Positions 30,917-40,537 of a stretch of 64,000 bases of DNA are shown in pieces; positions within the stretch are counted from its first letter, which is position 1; each line of letters opens with the position of its first letter. The DNA is from Pachysolen tannophilus NRRL Y-2460. Taxonomy: Eukaryota. Under the pieces are notes generated by a model that saw nothing but the letters and a program-made list of their open reading frames with translations, made no database searches and had not been told where the DNA came from. Both the position numbers and the translations under genes were made by a program. The stretch spans positions 1 to 64,000 of the forward strand of contig KV454018.1 in the NCBI GenBank assembly GCA_001661245.1. The letters are read 5' to 3'.

Positions 30917-32083
30917 ATGTCATATAGTCAAGAAATATTAGTTAACAAGTTTAGATCACTTGATGAAACTCAGGCGACAATAATTTCGATATCAGAATGG
31001 GTTTTATTTCACCAAAAATCTTCTTTGCAATCGGTTAAGACTTGGTCAAATTATATCAGTTCTCCAAAAACTTCACCAAGACAAAAATTACCATTATTTT
31101 ATCTATGCAATGAAGTGATACAAAAATCGAAAGCTACTAGGAAGTTTGAGTTTTTAAAACATTTTGGAGATGCCTTGCCGGGTGTATTGAGCAAGATCTA
31201 TCCGACATTGGATCCTACTGTTCAAAATAAATTTAAAAGAGTGATTGATATATGGAAGGACAGAGCAATATTTAATGAATCTGTTTTAAAAAATTTATAT
31301 AAATCAATCGATTCTAGTAGCGGAAATGTCAGCAAATCTGATCGTTTTAATAATAGTATTCCTGATATGGCACCTGAATTGTTACCTTTATCTAATGATT
31401 TTAACAAGATATCACAATTGAAATCAATTATATCGGCTGATAGTTTAAAATTTGAAAATATTTATAATGAATTGTTTGAAAATGAATATAATTTACCTGC
31501 TCCAGATATTTATTTGCAAAAATTATCAACTTTACAAAAATTGGATGATAAGTTGAATTTAAGTTTTAAAAATTATGTAGATATAAGGTTAAATTTAATC
31601 AATGAATTGAGTAAAATAATTGATATTCAAAAAGGTTTAATCAACAATGATAAATCAAAAATGGAGTCCATGTCAAGTAAGAGAAAACAAATTAATGAAA
31701 AGAAAGCCGAGTTAGAGGAATATATACATACTGCTGATGACGATAGAAATGAAGATGGAGAAGATGAAGACGATGAGGAAGTGGCTCCGGGTTATGATAA
31801 TTCTGAAAACGATAGCGAGGATGATAAAGATGAACCCGCTTTGAAAAAACAAAAAACAGAAGATAAAGAAGAAATAATATCGAAAACTGAAAATAAAATA
31901 GATGAAGGAATATCTTCTGATGAAAATAATAAAGTTGATAACGAGAATATTCAAAAAGAAGAATTCGATGAAGATGATGAAAATAACGAATATGAACCGC
32001 TGTATAACTCTTCTGATAATGTAAGTAAGACTAAAGTTATAAATCCTGATCTAGCTAATTTGTTATCGAAATTATCTCAATGA
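30917..32083 (+). CDS. RTT103: RNA pol II CTD-interacting domain protein
   Basis: N-terminal CID (L.ETQ.TI..ISEW..FH, KLPLFYLCNEVIQ, RVIDIWKDR), coiled coil, acidic tail ending LLSKL. Confidence 0.85.
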   Translation: MSYSQEILVNKFRSLDETQATIISISEWVLFHQKSSLQSVKTWSNYISSPKTSPRQKLPLFYLCNEVIQKSKATRKFEFLKHFGDALPGVLSKIYPTLDPTVQNKFKRVIDIWKDRAIFNESVLKNLYKSIDSSSGNVSKSDRFNNSIPDMAPELLPLSNDFNKISQLKSIISADSLKFENIYNELFENEYNLPAPDIYLQKLSTLQKLDDKLNLSFKNYVDIRLNLINELSKIIDIQKGLINNDKSKMESMSSKRKQINEKKAELEEYIHTADDDRNEDGEDEDDEEVAPGYDNSENDSEDDKDEPALKKQKTEDKEEIISKTENKIDEGISSDENNKVDNENIQKEEFDEDDENNEYEPLYNSSDNVSKTKVINPDLANLLSKLSQ

Positions 32084-32265
32084 AGAATGTATTTTTAATT
32101 CGGGATTTCGGGATTAGATAAAATGTGTACAATATGCTTTATTAAATGTCAAATACTATAAATAATCAAAACTTTCATTATATTTTTAAATATAGATTAA
32201 GTATATACAACCAGAAAAAAACAAAAAATAAGGAAAGCGGTTAGTAAAGTCCGGTTTTTCTATCT

Positions 32266-34815
32266 TCATAATAAACCTAATTTTTCCATTCTAATCTTAA
32301 CAGCATTTCTGTGGCCATCCAAACCTTCTACCGCAGCAAGACACATAACTGCTTTACCAATACTCTTCAATCCCTCAGGTGTAACATCTTGAGAGGTAAT
32401 GAATTTTTGGAAAGTAGCAGTGTTAACTCCAGAATATTGTCTGGCATAACCATATGTTGGTAAAGTATGGTTAGTACCCGATGAGTAATCACCACATGAT
32501 TCTGGAGAGTAGGCTCCAACAAATACACTTCCTGCATTGTCAACTTTGGAAACGTAAGATTTAGCATTTTCGATTTGTAAAATCAAATGTTCAGGAGCAT
32601 ATTTATTTGATAATTCCAAAGCTTGCTCATAAGAATCAACCAACAAAGTTGTAGAATGTGAAATACATTTTCTAACAATATCAACTCTTGGTAAAGCCAT
32701 AGCTTGTTCATGAACTGCATTATCGACAGCATCTAACTCCTTTTCAGTCATATTGACTGCTATGAAAATAACTTGTGAGTCGACCCCGTGTTCAGCTTGA
32801 GATAAAAGATCACTAGCAATGAAATCTGGATCAGCCTTACCATCACCAATAACCAAGACTTCTGATGGGCCTGCAGGCATATCAATTGAACATAACGCTG
32901 TAGTATCATTTTGAATGTACATTTTAGCTGCAGTGACAAATTGATTACCAGGACCCAATATCTTGTCACATTTAGGCACTGACTCTGTACCATATGCCAT
33001 TGCAGCAACGGCTTGAGCTCCACCTGCTAATACAATACATTTGGCCCCAACTTTATGAGCAACATATATCACTTCAGGAGTTAAAGTACCATCTTTTCTT
33101 GGTGGGGATGCAAATATTATATTTTTACACCCAGCTACCAATGCAGGAACACCAAGCATTAAGGAAGTCGAAGGCAAAACTGCAGTTCCTCCAGGAATAT
33201 ACAAACCTACATTTTCTATTGGTCTTGCAAATCTAGAACAAATAACACCAGGGCAAGTTTCTACATCCATTGTTTCAGATTGCAATTGGGCTTCGTGGAA
33301 TTTCTTAACATTATCAATAGACAAATCAATAGATTGTTTAATTTCATCAGAGACTTGCATCAACTCTGGAGGGAATGGAGCTTCAAGAATTGGCGATGTT
33401 AATCTAACTTTATCAAATTTTTCAGTCATTTCTATTAAGGCATTATCTCCACCTTTTTTAACAGCATCAACAATTGGCAAAACAAGCTTCATAATATCTG
33501 CAGTTTTCTGATTTGGCCTTTTTAAAGAGTTTTGAATTAGTTCTTCTGAATCTTTGTTAACATTAACTCTTTTCATCACGATTTTAGCATTTTTATCTAC
33601 AACTTCTTCTTTTTTCGTTTCCAGAGGTAAAAATTTTGATTTTGCATCACCTCTTCTTCTTGTTACTTTTAAGTGTTTTAATTTTAAGTTACTTTCAATA
33701 TCGCTTATGGTAACATTGTTTTGAATACATTTTGTTAAGGCGAAATATATCAAATCTGCAGCTTCCCAACTAATTTCTTCTTTTGTCTTTGCTTCAGTTA
33801 ATTCTTCAGCTTCTTCTTTAATCTTAGCATTCAATAATGTAGAATCATTAAATAATCTCTTAGTGTAGCTACCTTCTGGAGCATTTTGCTTTCTATCAAA
33901 CAATGTTTTTTCCAATTGAGTTAAACCAGATAAATTACCAAAACATGAATCTTGGTTTAAATGACAAAAACCAACTCCTGATTGTTCAACAACAAATTTC
34001 AAGCAGTCACTATCACAGTCTACATCAAGAGCCAATAATTTCTGAGTTGCACCTGAAGTTGCACCTTTATACCATAAACCATGACGTCTTGACTGATAAA
34101 CACCTGTTAAAGTTCTAATAGCTTCGTGAATGGATTCTTTAGATGAATAAACTAAGCCAAGAGAATGATCATACTTATCAACAACTAAAGAAGTGTATAA
34201 ACCGTCTGGTCTATCAGTTTTAATTGCACATAATAAAAATTCAGAAATGTTTAACAAGTCTGGATAATTTTTAGAATCATTGGTCAACTTCTCTTGGTTT
34301 ATAACTGGAATCAAGCCACTAGCAGCAATCGATGTATAATTCACCAATTCAGTTTTAGTAGCATGATCATAAGTTACGTAGACAAATCTAGTACCATTTC
34401 CAGAAAGTATTTTCAAATCACCTAAAGGAGTTGAAGAAGGTAATGATATATCAATATTTTGATACAGCTTGAATTCTTCCAACTCACTTAAAGATGATAA
34501 TTTTAAAACTATTCTTGAAGCTGGAATACCCACTTCAAGAAGCTCCAAGGCCAATTTAGATGAAATGAAAACTTTATTGACACCAGAATTCAAAACATCA
34601 ATAATTTGATCACTGGAAAACAATGAAACTTTTCCAGAAACATCCAAACTTAATTTCCCAACTAATTCAAGCTTCTTAATTATATTTTTCAAATGCTCAA
34701 TACCATTTGAATCATCTAGCTTAACTAAAAAATGATTAACAATAGAAACGTGTGATAAAGAATCACCATTCAACGATTCCAAAGATTGAAACACAGGCAA
34801 TAAAGGAAATGTCAT
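32266..34815 (-). CDS. HIS4: Trifunctional histidine biosynthesis protein (HisI/HisE/HisD)
   Basis: TDRPDGLY, WYKGATSG, DCDSD, KIKEEAEEL, GLYIPGGTA, DMPAGPSE, QAEHG and SGTNHTLPT motifs. Confidence 0.98.
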   Translation of the reverse strand: MTFPLLPVFQSLESLNGDSLSHVSIVNHFLVKLDDSNGIEHLKNIIKKLELVGKLSLDVSGKVSLFSSDQIIDVLNSGVNKVFISSKLALELLEVGIPASRIVLKLSSLSELEEFKLYQNIDISLPSSTPLGDLKILSGNGTRFVYVTYDHATKTELVNYTSIAASGLIPVINQEKLTNDSKNYPDLLNISEFLLCAIKTDRPDGLYTSLVVDKYDHSLGLVYSSKESIHEAIRTLTGVYQSRRHGLWYKGATSGATQKLLALDVDCDSDCLKFVVEQSGVGFCHLNQDSCFGNLSGLTQLEKTLFDRKQNAPEGSYTKRLFNDSTLLNAKIKEEAEELTEAKTKEEISWEAADLIYFALTKCIQNNVTISDIESNLKLKHLKVTRRRGDAKSKFLPLETKKEEVVDKNAKIVMKRVNVNKDSEELIQNSLKRPNQKTADIMKLVLPIVDAVKKGGDNALIEMTEKFDKVRLTSPILEAPFPPELMQVSDEIKQSIDLSIDNVKKFHEAQLQSETMDVETCPGVICSRFARPIENVGLYIPGGTAVLPSTSLMLGVPALVAGCKNIIFASPPRKDGTLTPEVIYVAHKVGAKCIVLAGGAQAVAAMAYGTESVPKCDKILGPGNQFVTAAKMYIQNDTTALCSIDMPAGPSEVLVIGDGKADPDFIASDLLSQAEHGVDSQVIFIAVNMTEKELDAVDNAVHEQAMALPRVDIVRKCISHSTTLLVDSYEQALELSNKYAPEHLILQIENAKSYVSKVDNAGSVFVGAYSPESCGDYSSGTNHTLPTYGYARQYSGVNTATFQKFITSQDVTPEGLKSIGKAVMCLAAVEGLDGHRNAVKIRMEKLGLL

Positions 34816-35133
34816 CCTTCTGAACTTTTATACTTGATACAAAAGAAACAAAAACAACGTTTTATAAAATGCACAAGAAAGCAGATCAAGCGATATAAAT
34901 AAGTTCCTCAAACCAAATTAATTTATATATTTTATTCTTTTTTTCTGATTGGCAGGTCTTTTTAATCAGCCAAAAGGGTGGTTTTCTTTAAAGAATATAT
35001 GGTTTGGGTGTTTTTATTTTTTTTTCTTCTTTTTTTTTTTCTTTTTGTTATTATTACTATCATCAAGACCAAAAAAGAAAAAAAAATGGTGTTGCTTCGT
35101 CTTATATATATTCGATACTGAAGTTTTGAATTT

Positions 35134-36744
35134 TCAAAAAGATTCACAGTCAATACTGTCGTGTCCAGGCTTTTCGCAAAGTCCACACCATTTTTTTCTT
35201 CCTGCACTTGGGTCGATTTTAGTTTCTGGTTTATAAACCAATAATTCTTTATCAATTACAGAATTAATTATTTTGTTTTCTTTTGTGAAACCATTGCTTT
35301 CATATTCGGCGTTTTTTCCAGTATCGTCTTGATTAGCTGGCTTGGAAGTCTGGACTTTCAATGCTGCAAAATTAGTTTCCAATTCTTGTGTTTCGTGGCA
35401 AGTTTTTTCGTTTCCTAGTTGTAATTCCTTTGTTTGTAATTTATTTTTTAATATATCTATCTCCATGTATAAGTCATTGGATGTATTCTCTCTTAAGCTT
35501 TTCTCCTTCTTGATCTGGGATTCCAATTCTTTAATTTTCAGTGTTTTCATGTCATTATCTTTTTTCAAAATTTCAAGTTCATTTTCCTGCAGTTGCGAAG
35601 AACTGAGTTGTTCCAATATTAAAGTTTTTTCATCTAACTCTTTTTGAACTTTCTGGTATGATTCAAGGTCATTTTCCTTTTGGAGTACAATTTTTTTCAA
35701 ATCATTAATTTCTTTTTCTCTTGATGACAGTAAAGAGTCTAATTCTTCGAATTTTTCAATTTTTCTTGAAAGTTCAGCTACTAACTCATTTTTTGATTCA
35801 ATTTCTGTTGTTAAAGATTTAATTTGTGATTTTAGTTGCAAAATCTCTTTTGAAGTGTTTTCGACATATATTTTATGTGTTTCTTTTAATTCGTTTAACT
35901 CTTTTTTATCATCATTTTGTGTAGTTGCAGCTTCCAATTTTTTTTGTAATTTTTCCAATTCCATATTATAAATTTTTTCAGATTCACTAGCTTGTAATTT
36001 CAAAGTATTTATTGCATCACGTAATTCCTTTCTTTGCTCTTCATATGCTTGTTTTTGTTTTAAAAGTTTTTCATCTTTTAAAATCATTTCCCTCTCTAAA
36101 TCATCTAATCCTTTTTGCAAGTCCACCAAGACATTATTCCGTTGTTCAATCTCTTGTTTATATTTATTTAATTGCAATTTCAATTCTCTTTCTTGATTCG
36201 ACTCGTTTTCAATTTCTTTAAGTTCTCCAGCATGACTATTTTTAACAGGAAAATTCAGTTTATCTAAATCATTAACAATTGGATTGTATACTTGATTTTT
36301 CTTATCACCATCCATAGAAGTTGGAAAATTTCTCCTACCATTCAAATTAATACTGTTTGCATTTAAAGGTCTTAGAGACCTTGCAGAGAGTGGTGATATT
36401 ATTTCAGTAGAAGTATGATTTTCAGAATTAACCGATGAATCTTGCGAGCGATGCTTATTTTGAGGTCTCGTTGGAGTATTCAATTTATCAATCAATGCTT
36501 GATTTGAAGCTACCAATTTCGGATAAGGCAAAAATAAACCGCTATTGGGAATCTTTGTAGTAAAATACCGAACACCATCAACATCACCACTATTTTTACC
36601 ATACCTAACACTATCCCCTATTAATTCTATACCTGCAAAAACACCATTCTTACCTTCAACCCTTCCAATAAACTTCAATATTCCAGCACTATCTGAAATT
36701 CCAGGAAGCTGCACTTTCAATCCAAGTGGGAGATCAAAATCCAT
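35134..36744 (-). CDS. BIK1: CLIP-170 homolog (CAP-Gly, coiled coil, CCHC zinc knuckle)
   Basis: GKNSGDVDGVRYF CAP-Gly motif; long heptad region; WCGLCEKPGHDSIDC at the C-terminus; adjacent to HIS4. Confidence 0.88.
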   Translation of the reverse strand: MDFDLPLGLKVQLPGISDSAGILKFIGRVEGKNGVFAGIELIGDSVRYGKNSGDVDGVRYFTTKIPNSGLFLPYPKLVASNQALIDKLNTPTRPQNKHRSQDSSVNSENHTSTEIISPLSARSLRPLNANSINLNGRRNFPTSMDGDKKNQVYNPIVNDLDKLNFPVKNSHAGELKEIENESNQERELKLQLNKYKQEIEQRNNVLVDLQKGLDDLEREMILKDEKLLKQKQAYEEQRKELRDAINTLKLQASESEKIYNMELEKLQKKLEAATTQNDDKKELNELKETHKIYVENTSKEILQLKSQIKSLTTEIESKNELVAELSRKIEKFEELDSLLSSREKEINDLKKIVLQKENDLESYQKVQKELDEKTLILEQLSSSQLQENELEILKKDNDMKTLKIKELESQIKKEKSLRENTSNDLYMEIDILKNKLQTKELQLGNEKTCHETQELETNFAALKVQTSKPANQDDTGKNAEYESNGFTKENKIINSVIDKELLVYKPETKIDPSAGRKKWCGLCEKPGHDSIDCESF

Positions 36745-37084
36745 TCCAAATCAACAATTTTTATCGTAACCGCCGTTGCCAAAACTTTTAAACCAATTGA
36801 TACTTTAATAGACTTCATACCAAGATAGTGTGAAAATCTGAAAGTAAACAAAGGAAAAAAGAAAAAAAAAGAGGTTCCATTACGGAGAACTTTTAATTTT
36901 TTAGTTTCCAAATAGGAGAACATTGGAGAAAACAATGTTCTCCGCCGCGGAGATTAAATTTTTTTTTTTTTTTTTTTTTTCCAAGTGAAAAATTATGAAG
37001 AAAAATGAGTCAAAATATGAAATCAGGCTACTAACTAGACTGAGCTTGATAAAAAAAAATAAAAAAAAACAATTTAAAATGACC

Positions 37085-37789
37085 TTACTCTACCAAATAT
37101 GGTATAGAACTACCTAACAAACCCTCAATATTTTTATGACTTTTGCTGTAATTAACATTATTTTTATTTTTATTTTTTTCATCGTACGAACCATTTTTCC
37201 CTCCGCTCACATCTAAATTATGGTGTTCAGCAATTTTTGGATCCAATGGTAAATCAAAGAATTGATGGAATTTCTCCCGAGTGAATTCAAGACTAATTTT
37301 TTTAGATCTCAGTTTCGACACTTTATTTGAAATATACTTAAATTTGTGCAATTCGGCTAAGGGTAACAATTTTTTCATAACTAGAATATCTTCTTCGGTG
37401 AAAAACGTTGGTTGAATATATTGATATTCTTGCGGGTAGTAATAATTGTTTAAGTTGTTGGTATGATGTTCCATTTTATTGGTACTATTGGCAACATAGG
37501 GGTGTGGCGGAGGAGTATTCAATTTCGGAATTACAGAATTGCTTTGAATACGAATATTGTCTAACGACTGCGAAGAAATTGATGACGACACAATGTTTGA
37601 TGTGCTACCAGCATATGAAGATTCATTACTGCTATGCCTCGAATAAGGTGGAGAATTGATCTGGTTTCTAGCCAATTGAGATTCAGAACTATTTGAAATT
37701 AAATTATTCACAATGCTAGTTCCAACAGAATCACCAATGGTATTATACATTGAATAAGTTTCATTAGCTGACAACTCAACTCCTGACAT
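37085..37789 (-). CDS. Hypothetical protein, Ser/Asn-rich, with a Myb/SANT-like segment (reminiscent of Candida Aaf1/Adf1)
   Basis: 234-aa ATG-initiated ORF; FTEEDILVMKKLL...KFKYISNKVS resembles a Myb-like helix pattern. Confidence 0.6.
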   Translation of the reverse strand: MSGVELSANETYSMYNTIGDSVGTSIVNNLISNSSESQLARNQINSPPYSRHSSNESSYAGSTSNIVSSSISSQSLDNIRIQSNSVIPKLNTPPPHPYVANSTNKMEHHTNNLNNYYYPQEYQYIQPTFFTEEDILVMKKLLPLAELHKFKYISNKVSKLRSKKISLEFTREKFHQFFDLPLDPKIAEHHNLDVSGGKNGSYDEKNKNKNNVNYSKSHKNIEGLLGSSIPYLVE

Positions 37790-38154
37790 TGGAGGGGATA
37801 AATGTAACTAGATCGCAAAAGCAGTATTATTCCGTTCAAAATCTTTTTAAGTCAATCAAATTCGTTCTTTATATACTCCATCCTAAAAAATAGTCTCTAT
37901 GCAAAGAAAACGTATGATTTTTAATCTCAGGATCTCCATTGCGTCAATCCCAAAAGAGATACGCTTTTTCATTCGTTTTTTTTCAACTTGCAGCGCGCAA
38001 TTGAATGCGCTTATAAAACGCACAAATGCGCACAAAGAGCGTATAATGTATATTATTACGTCTATTTAGTTAGAAAATTGGTGAAAAATTGGCAAGTCAG
38101 GTTTCTTGATAAAAAGTTGTTATATATACGGCAGCTTATATTCAAGACAACACA

Positions 38155-39039
38155 ATGGTCACAGCGTAAGTCAGTTTTATAAGGTTTTTGAATCATAGAT
38201 AAATTACTGAACTAACATAATTTCGATTTACTTTTTTTTTTTTTTTTTTGCGTTTTTTTGGTTTTTATAGAATTTTATTAGTTGAAAAAGCTTTACCAAA
38301 TTCTATAACTTCGTTTCATGATTTGTTATCAAATGAGCTACCCAAGACATCAGGTAAATGGTCGTTTGAGTTGAAAATTTACCTTAACAACAAGTATTCT
38401 AAGCCTGATAATTTTAATGTCCAGCAGGTTCCAAATAAATATTTGGTCACTTTGACTACTTCGTATTTGCCAAATAAGACAATTTCTATGATTAACAATA
38501 CTAAAGCTATAATGACTTCATCATATTTGAGTTCTAATGATGAAATTGACCATTTTGAGAAAGGGTGTTGTAATTCTACAAGTTTGGATCCATTTGATTT
38601 TATAATTTCTAACAAATTCCAAAATTTATGGAATTTAAAACAATCTATAAGAGGCGAAGGAGGAAATAGTTATGAAATAACAGTTAATAATTTAAACATA
38701 AATGACCCAAATATAATACAAAGTTTACCTAAGGAGCTTATTGAAGAAGTTAATAATACTTATGATACTTTCAGGATACGAACTGCAAACTGTTCGTTGC
38801 ATGGATCTTTTAAAGGGTTTTTAATTGAAATTGAGTATATTGATAAAGAAGAAGCAAAGGATAAGACCAGTGATTATAATGAAATTCAACAATTCCATAT
38901 CAAGATAAATAAGATAAAGGAATTGATAAAACAATACAAGTTTCCTAACGGTAAATTATGCTATAACGTTTTAAACGAAGATAAGCTTGATTATATAAGT
39001 GATTTGGTTCAACAATATTCCGAGGCTCTTCAATTTTAA
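38155..39039 (+). CDS. SRB2: Mediator subunit Med20, two exons (38155-38165, 38271-39039)
   Basis: ATGGTCACAGC|GTAAGT donor, ACTAAC branch at ~38211, TAG acceptor at 38270; splice restores frame (MVTAILLVEKA); GKWSFELK, W.LKQSIRGEGG and FKGFLIEIEY motifs. Confidence 0.85.
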
Positions 39040-39208
39040 ACTTTATATATTTTAAGCGAGCATATTTAGATATTCTAGAATAGTAATTTAAAATTTATTA
39101 GTTAGAAAATTGATCGATATTTTTTTGTAGATTCGAGCGAGGTCTTAAAAACAAAAAAAAAAAAAATAAAGTATGTACAGATAGATATAAATAATATATT
39201 AAATTTAA

Positions 39209-40285
39209 TCACTCAACCAAGTTTTTAACAGGTTCTAAACCAGTTAAAGATTTTACGATTCTTTCTTTTCTTCCGGCAACATTATAAAAGATATTAGAAT
39301 TCAATTGATTTTTAACAACTTGAGCATTCAATAACAACTTATCTGAACTAAATGCAGAATTATCAATTTTTAAATCATTCAATTTACCAAATACAGTATT
39401 ATTGAAGATTTCATTAACTTCCTCATCATTAAATTCAACATTAGAAACATTTTTCAAATGCGAAAATTTAAATCTTGGATCATTATATTTGATTTCCTTA
39501 TAAGGGTATGGTGATAATTTAACTTGTGGAATCTTGGAATATTCAACTGGGAATATAGAAGGCTTATCCTTTGTTAAAAAGACATTTTTATTTTCAAGCA
39601 ATTGTAAAGTAGCCCTAACAACTCTTGAATTAGCATCATATGACAATCTAGGTGAATATTTGATTAAAGAACCTAAAGATGGTACTGATGGAGAATATGA
39701 TCCAGCAACCTTAGTTACATCCTGTCTTTTCTCTGAAACTTTCATAGAAGTATTCAAACGTGGGGTTAAACTTCTTTTAGGTTTCTGAGTAACTTTCTTA
39801 TTGATAAAACGAGAAGTTCTTGGTGTATCTTGTAAATTTTTCCTATTTGAATTAAACGATTTTCTTGGTCTAGACTGATCATTATTTTTTTTCAGGTTAA
39901 ATGAATCCATAACATCTGTAAAACCTTCACCAATTTGACTATCTTTATTGAATTTTCTTGGACGTTGTTGCGGCTGTTGAGATTGCGAATTCAGATACTG
40001 AGAACTGTCTTGTTGCTGATTTGACAGCCGACTTTCCCTATTCAACGATGTATTCTTTTTATCAAATCTCTTAAAGTTTTTATTACCATTATTACCCTTA
40101 TTATTCTGTCTAGCTCCAGGTAACTTCTTATTCGAAGCAAACTTCTTTACTGGTTGTTGTTGTTGAGATTGAGTCTTTATAGCTTGAACTCTTGTCAACA
40201 AATCTTTTAAAAATGCATCAGAATTTGATTCAGTAGCATAGCTACGCTTAAAAGTAGAAACAAATTTCTGAGACCTCCTAAACAT
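39209..40285 (-). CDS. Basic mitochondrial-targeted protein, possibly a small-subunit mitoribosomal protein (Rsm28/mS46-like)
   Basis: MFRRSQKFVSTFKRSYA presequence with RSY cleavage motif; Lys/Arg/Asn-rich; family assignment is weak. Confidence 0.55.
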   Translation of the reverse strand: MFRRSQKFVSTFKRSYATESNSDAFLKDLLTRVQAIKTQSQQQQPVKKFASNKKLPGARQNNKGNNGNKNFKRFDKKNTSLNRESRLSNQQQDSSQYLNSQSQQPQQRPRKFNKDSQIGEGFTDVMDSFNLKKNNDQSRPRKSFNSNRKNLQDTPRTSRFINKKVTQKPKRSLTPRLNTSMKVSEKRQDVTKVAGSYSPSVPSLGSLIKYSPRLSYDANSRVVRATLQLLENKNVFLTKDKPSIFPVEYSKIPQVKLSPYPYKEIKYNDPRFKFSHLKNVSNVEFNDEEVNEIFNNTVFGKLNDLKIDNSAFSSDKLLLNAQVVKNQLNSNIFYNVAGRKERIVKSLTGLEPVKNLVE

Positions 40286-40537
40286 ATCCAATTTTTCAAC
40301 AATTTTTTTTAATTAGAGCAACTGATCATTTCTTAAGTGGTATTAAAGAATTATCTATGTTGAAAAGTTTTTTAAGACAAACTACAAAAAACGAGTTTCT
40401 TGGACATAATTTACTGACACGGGACACTGAGCCGTTTTTTTATTTATATAGCTAAATAATGGCAGATAGGGGAAACTCTATTAGTACTACTTAGATAGAG
40501 ATATGAATGAATAGTTAGTTGTTCATTCATATTCTTC

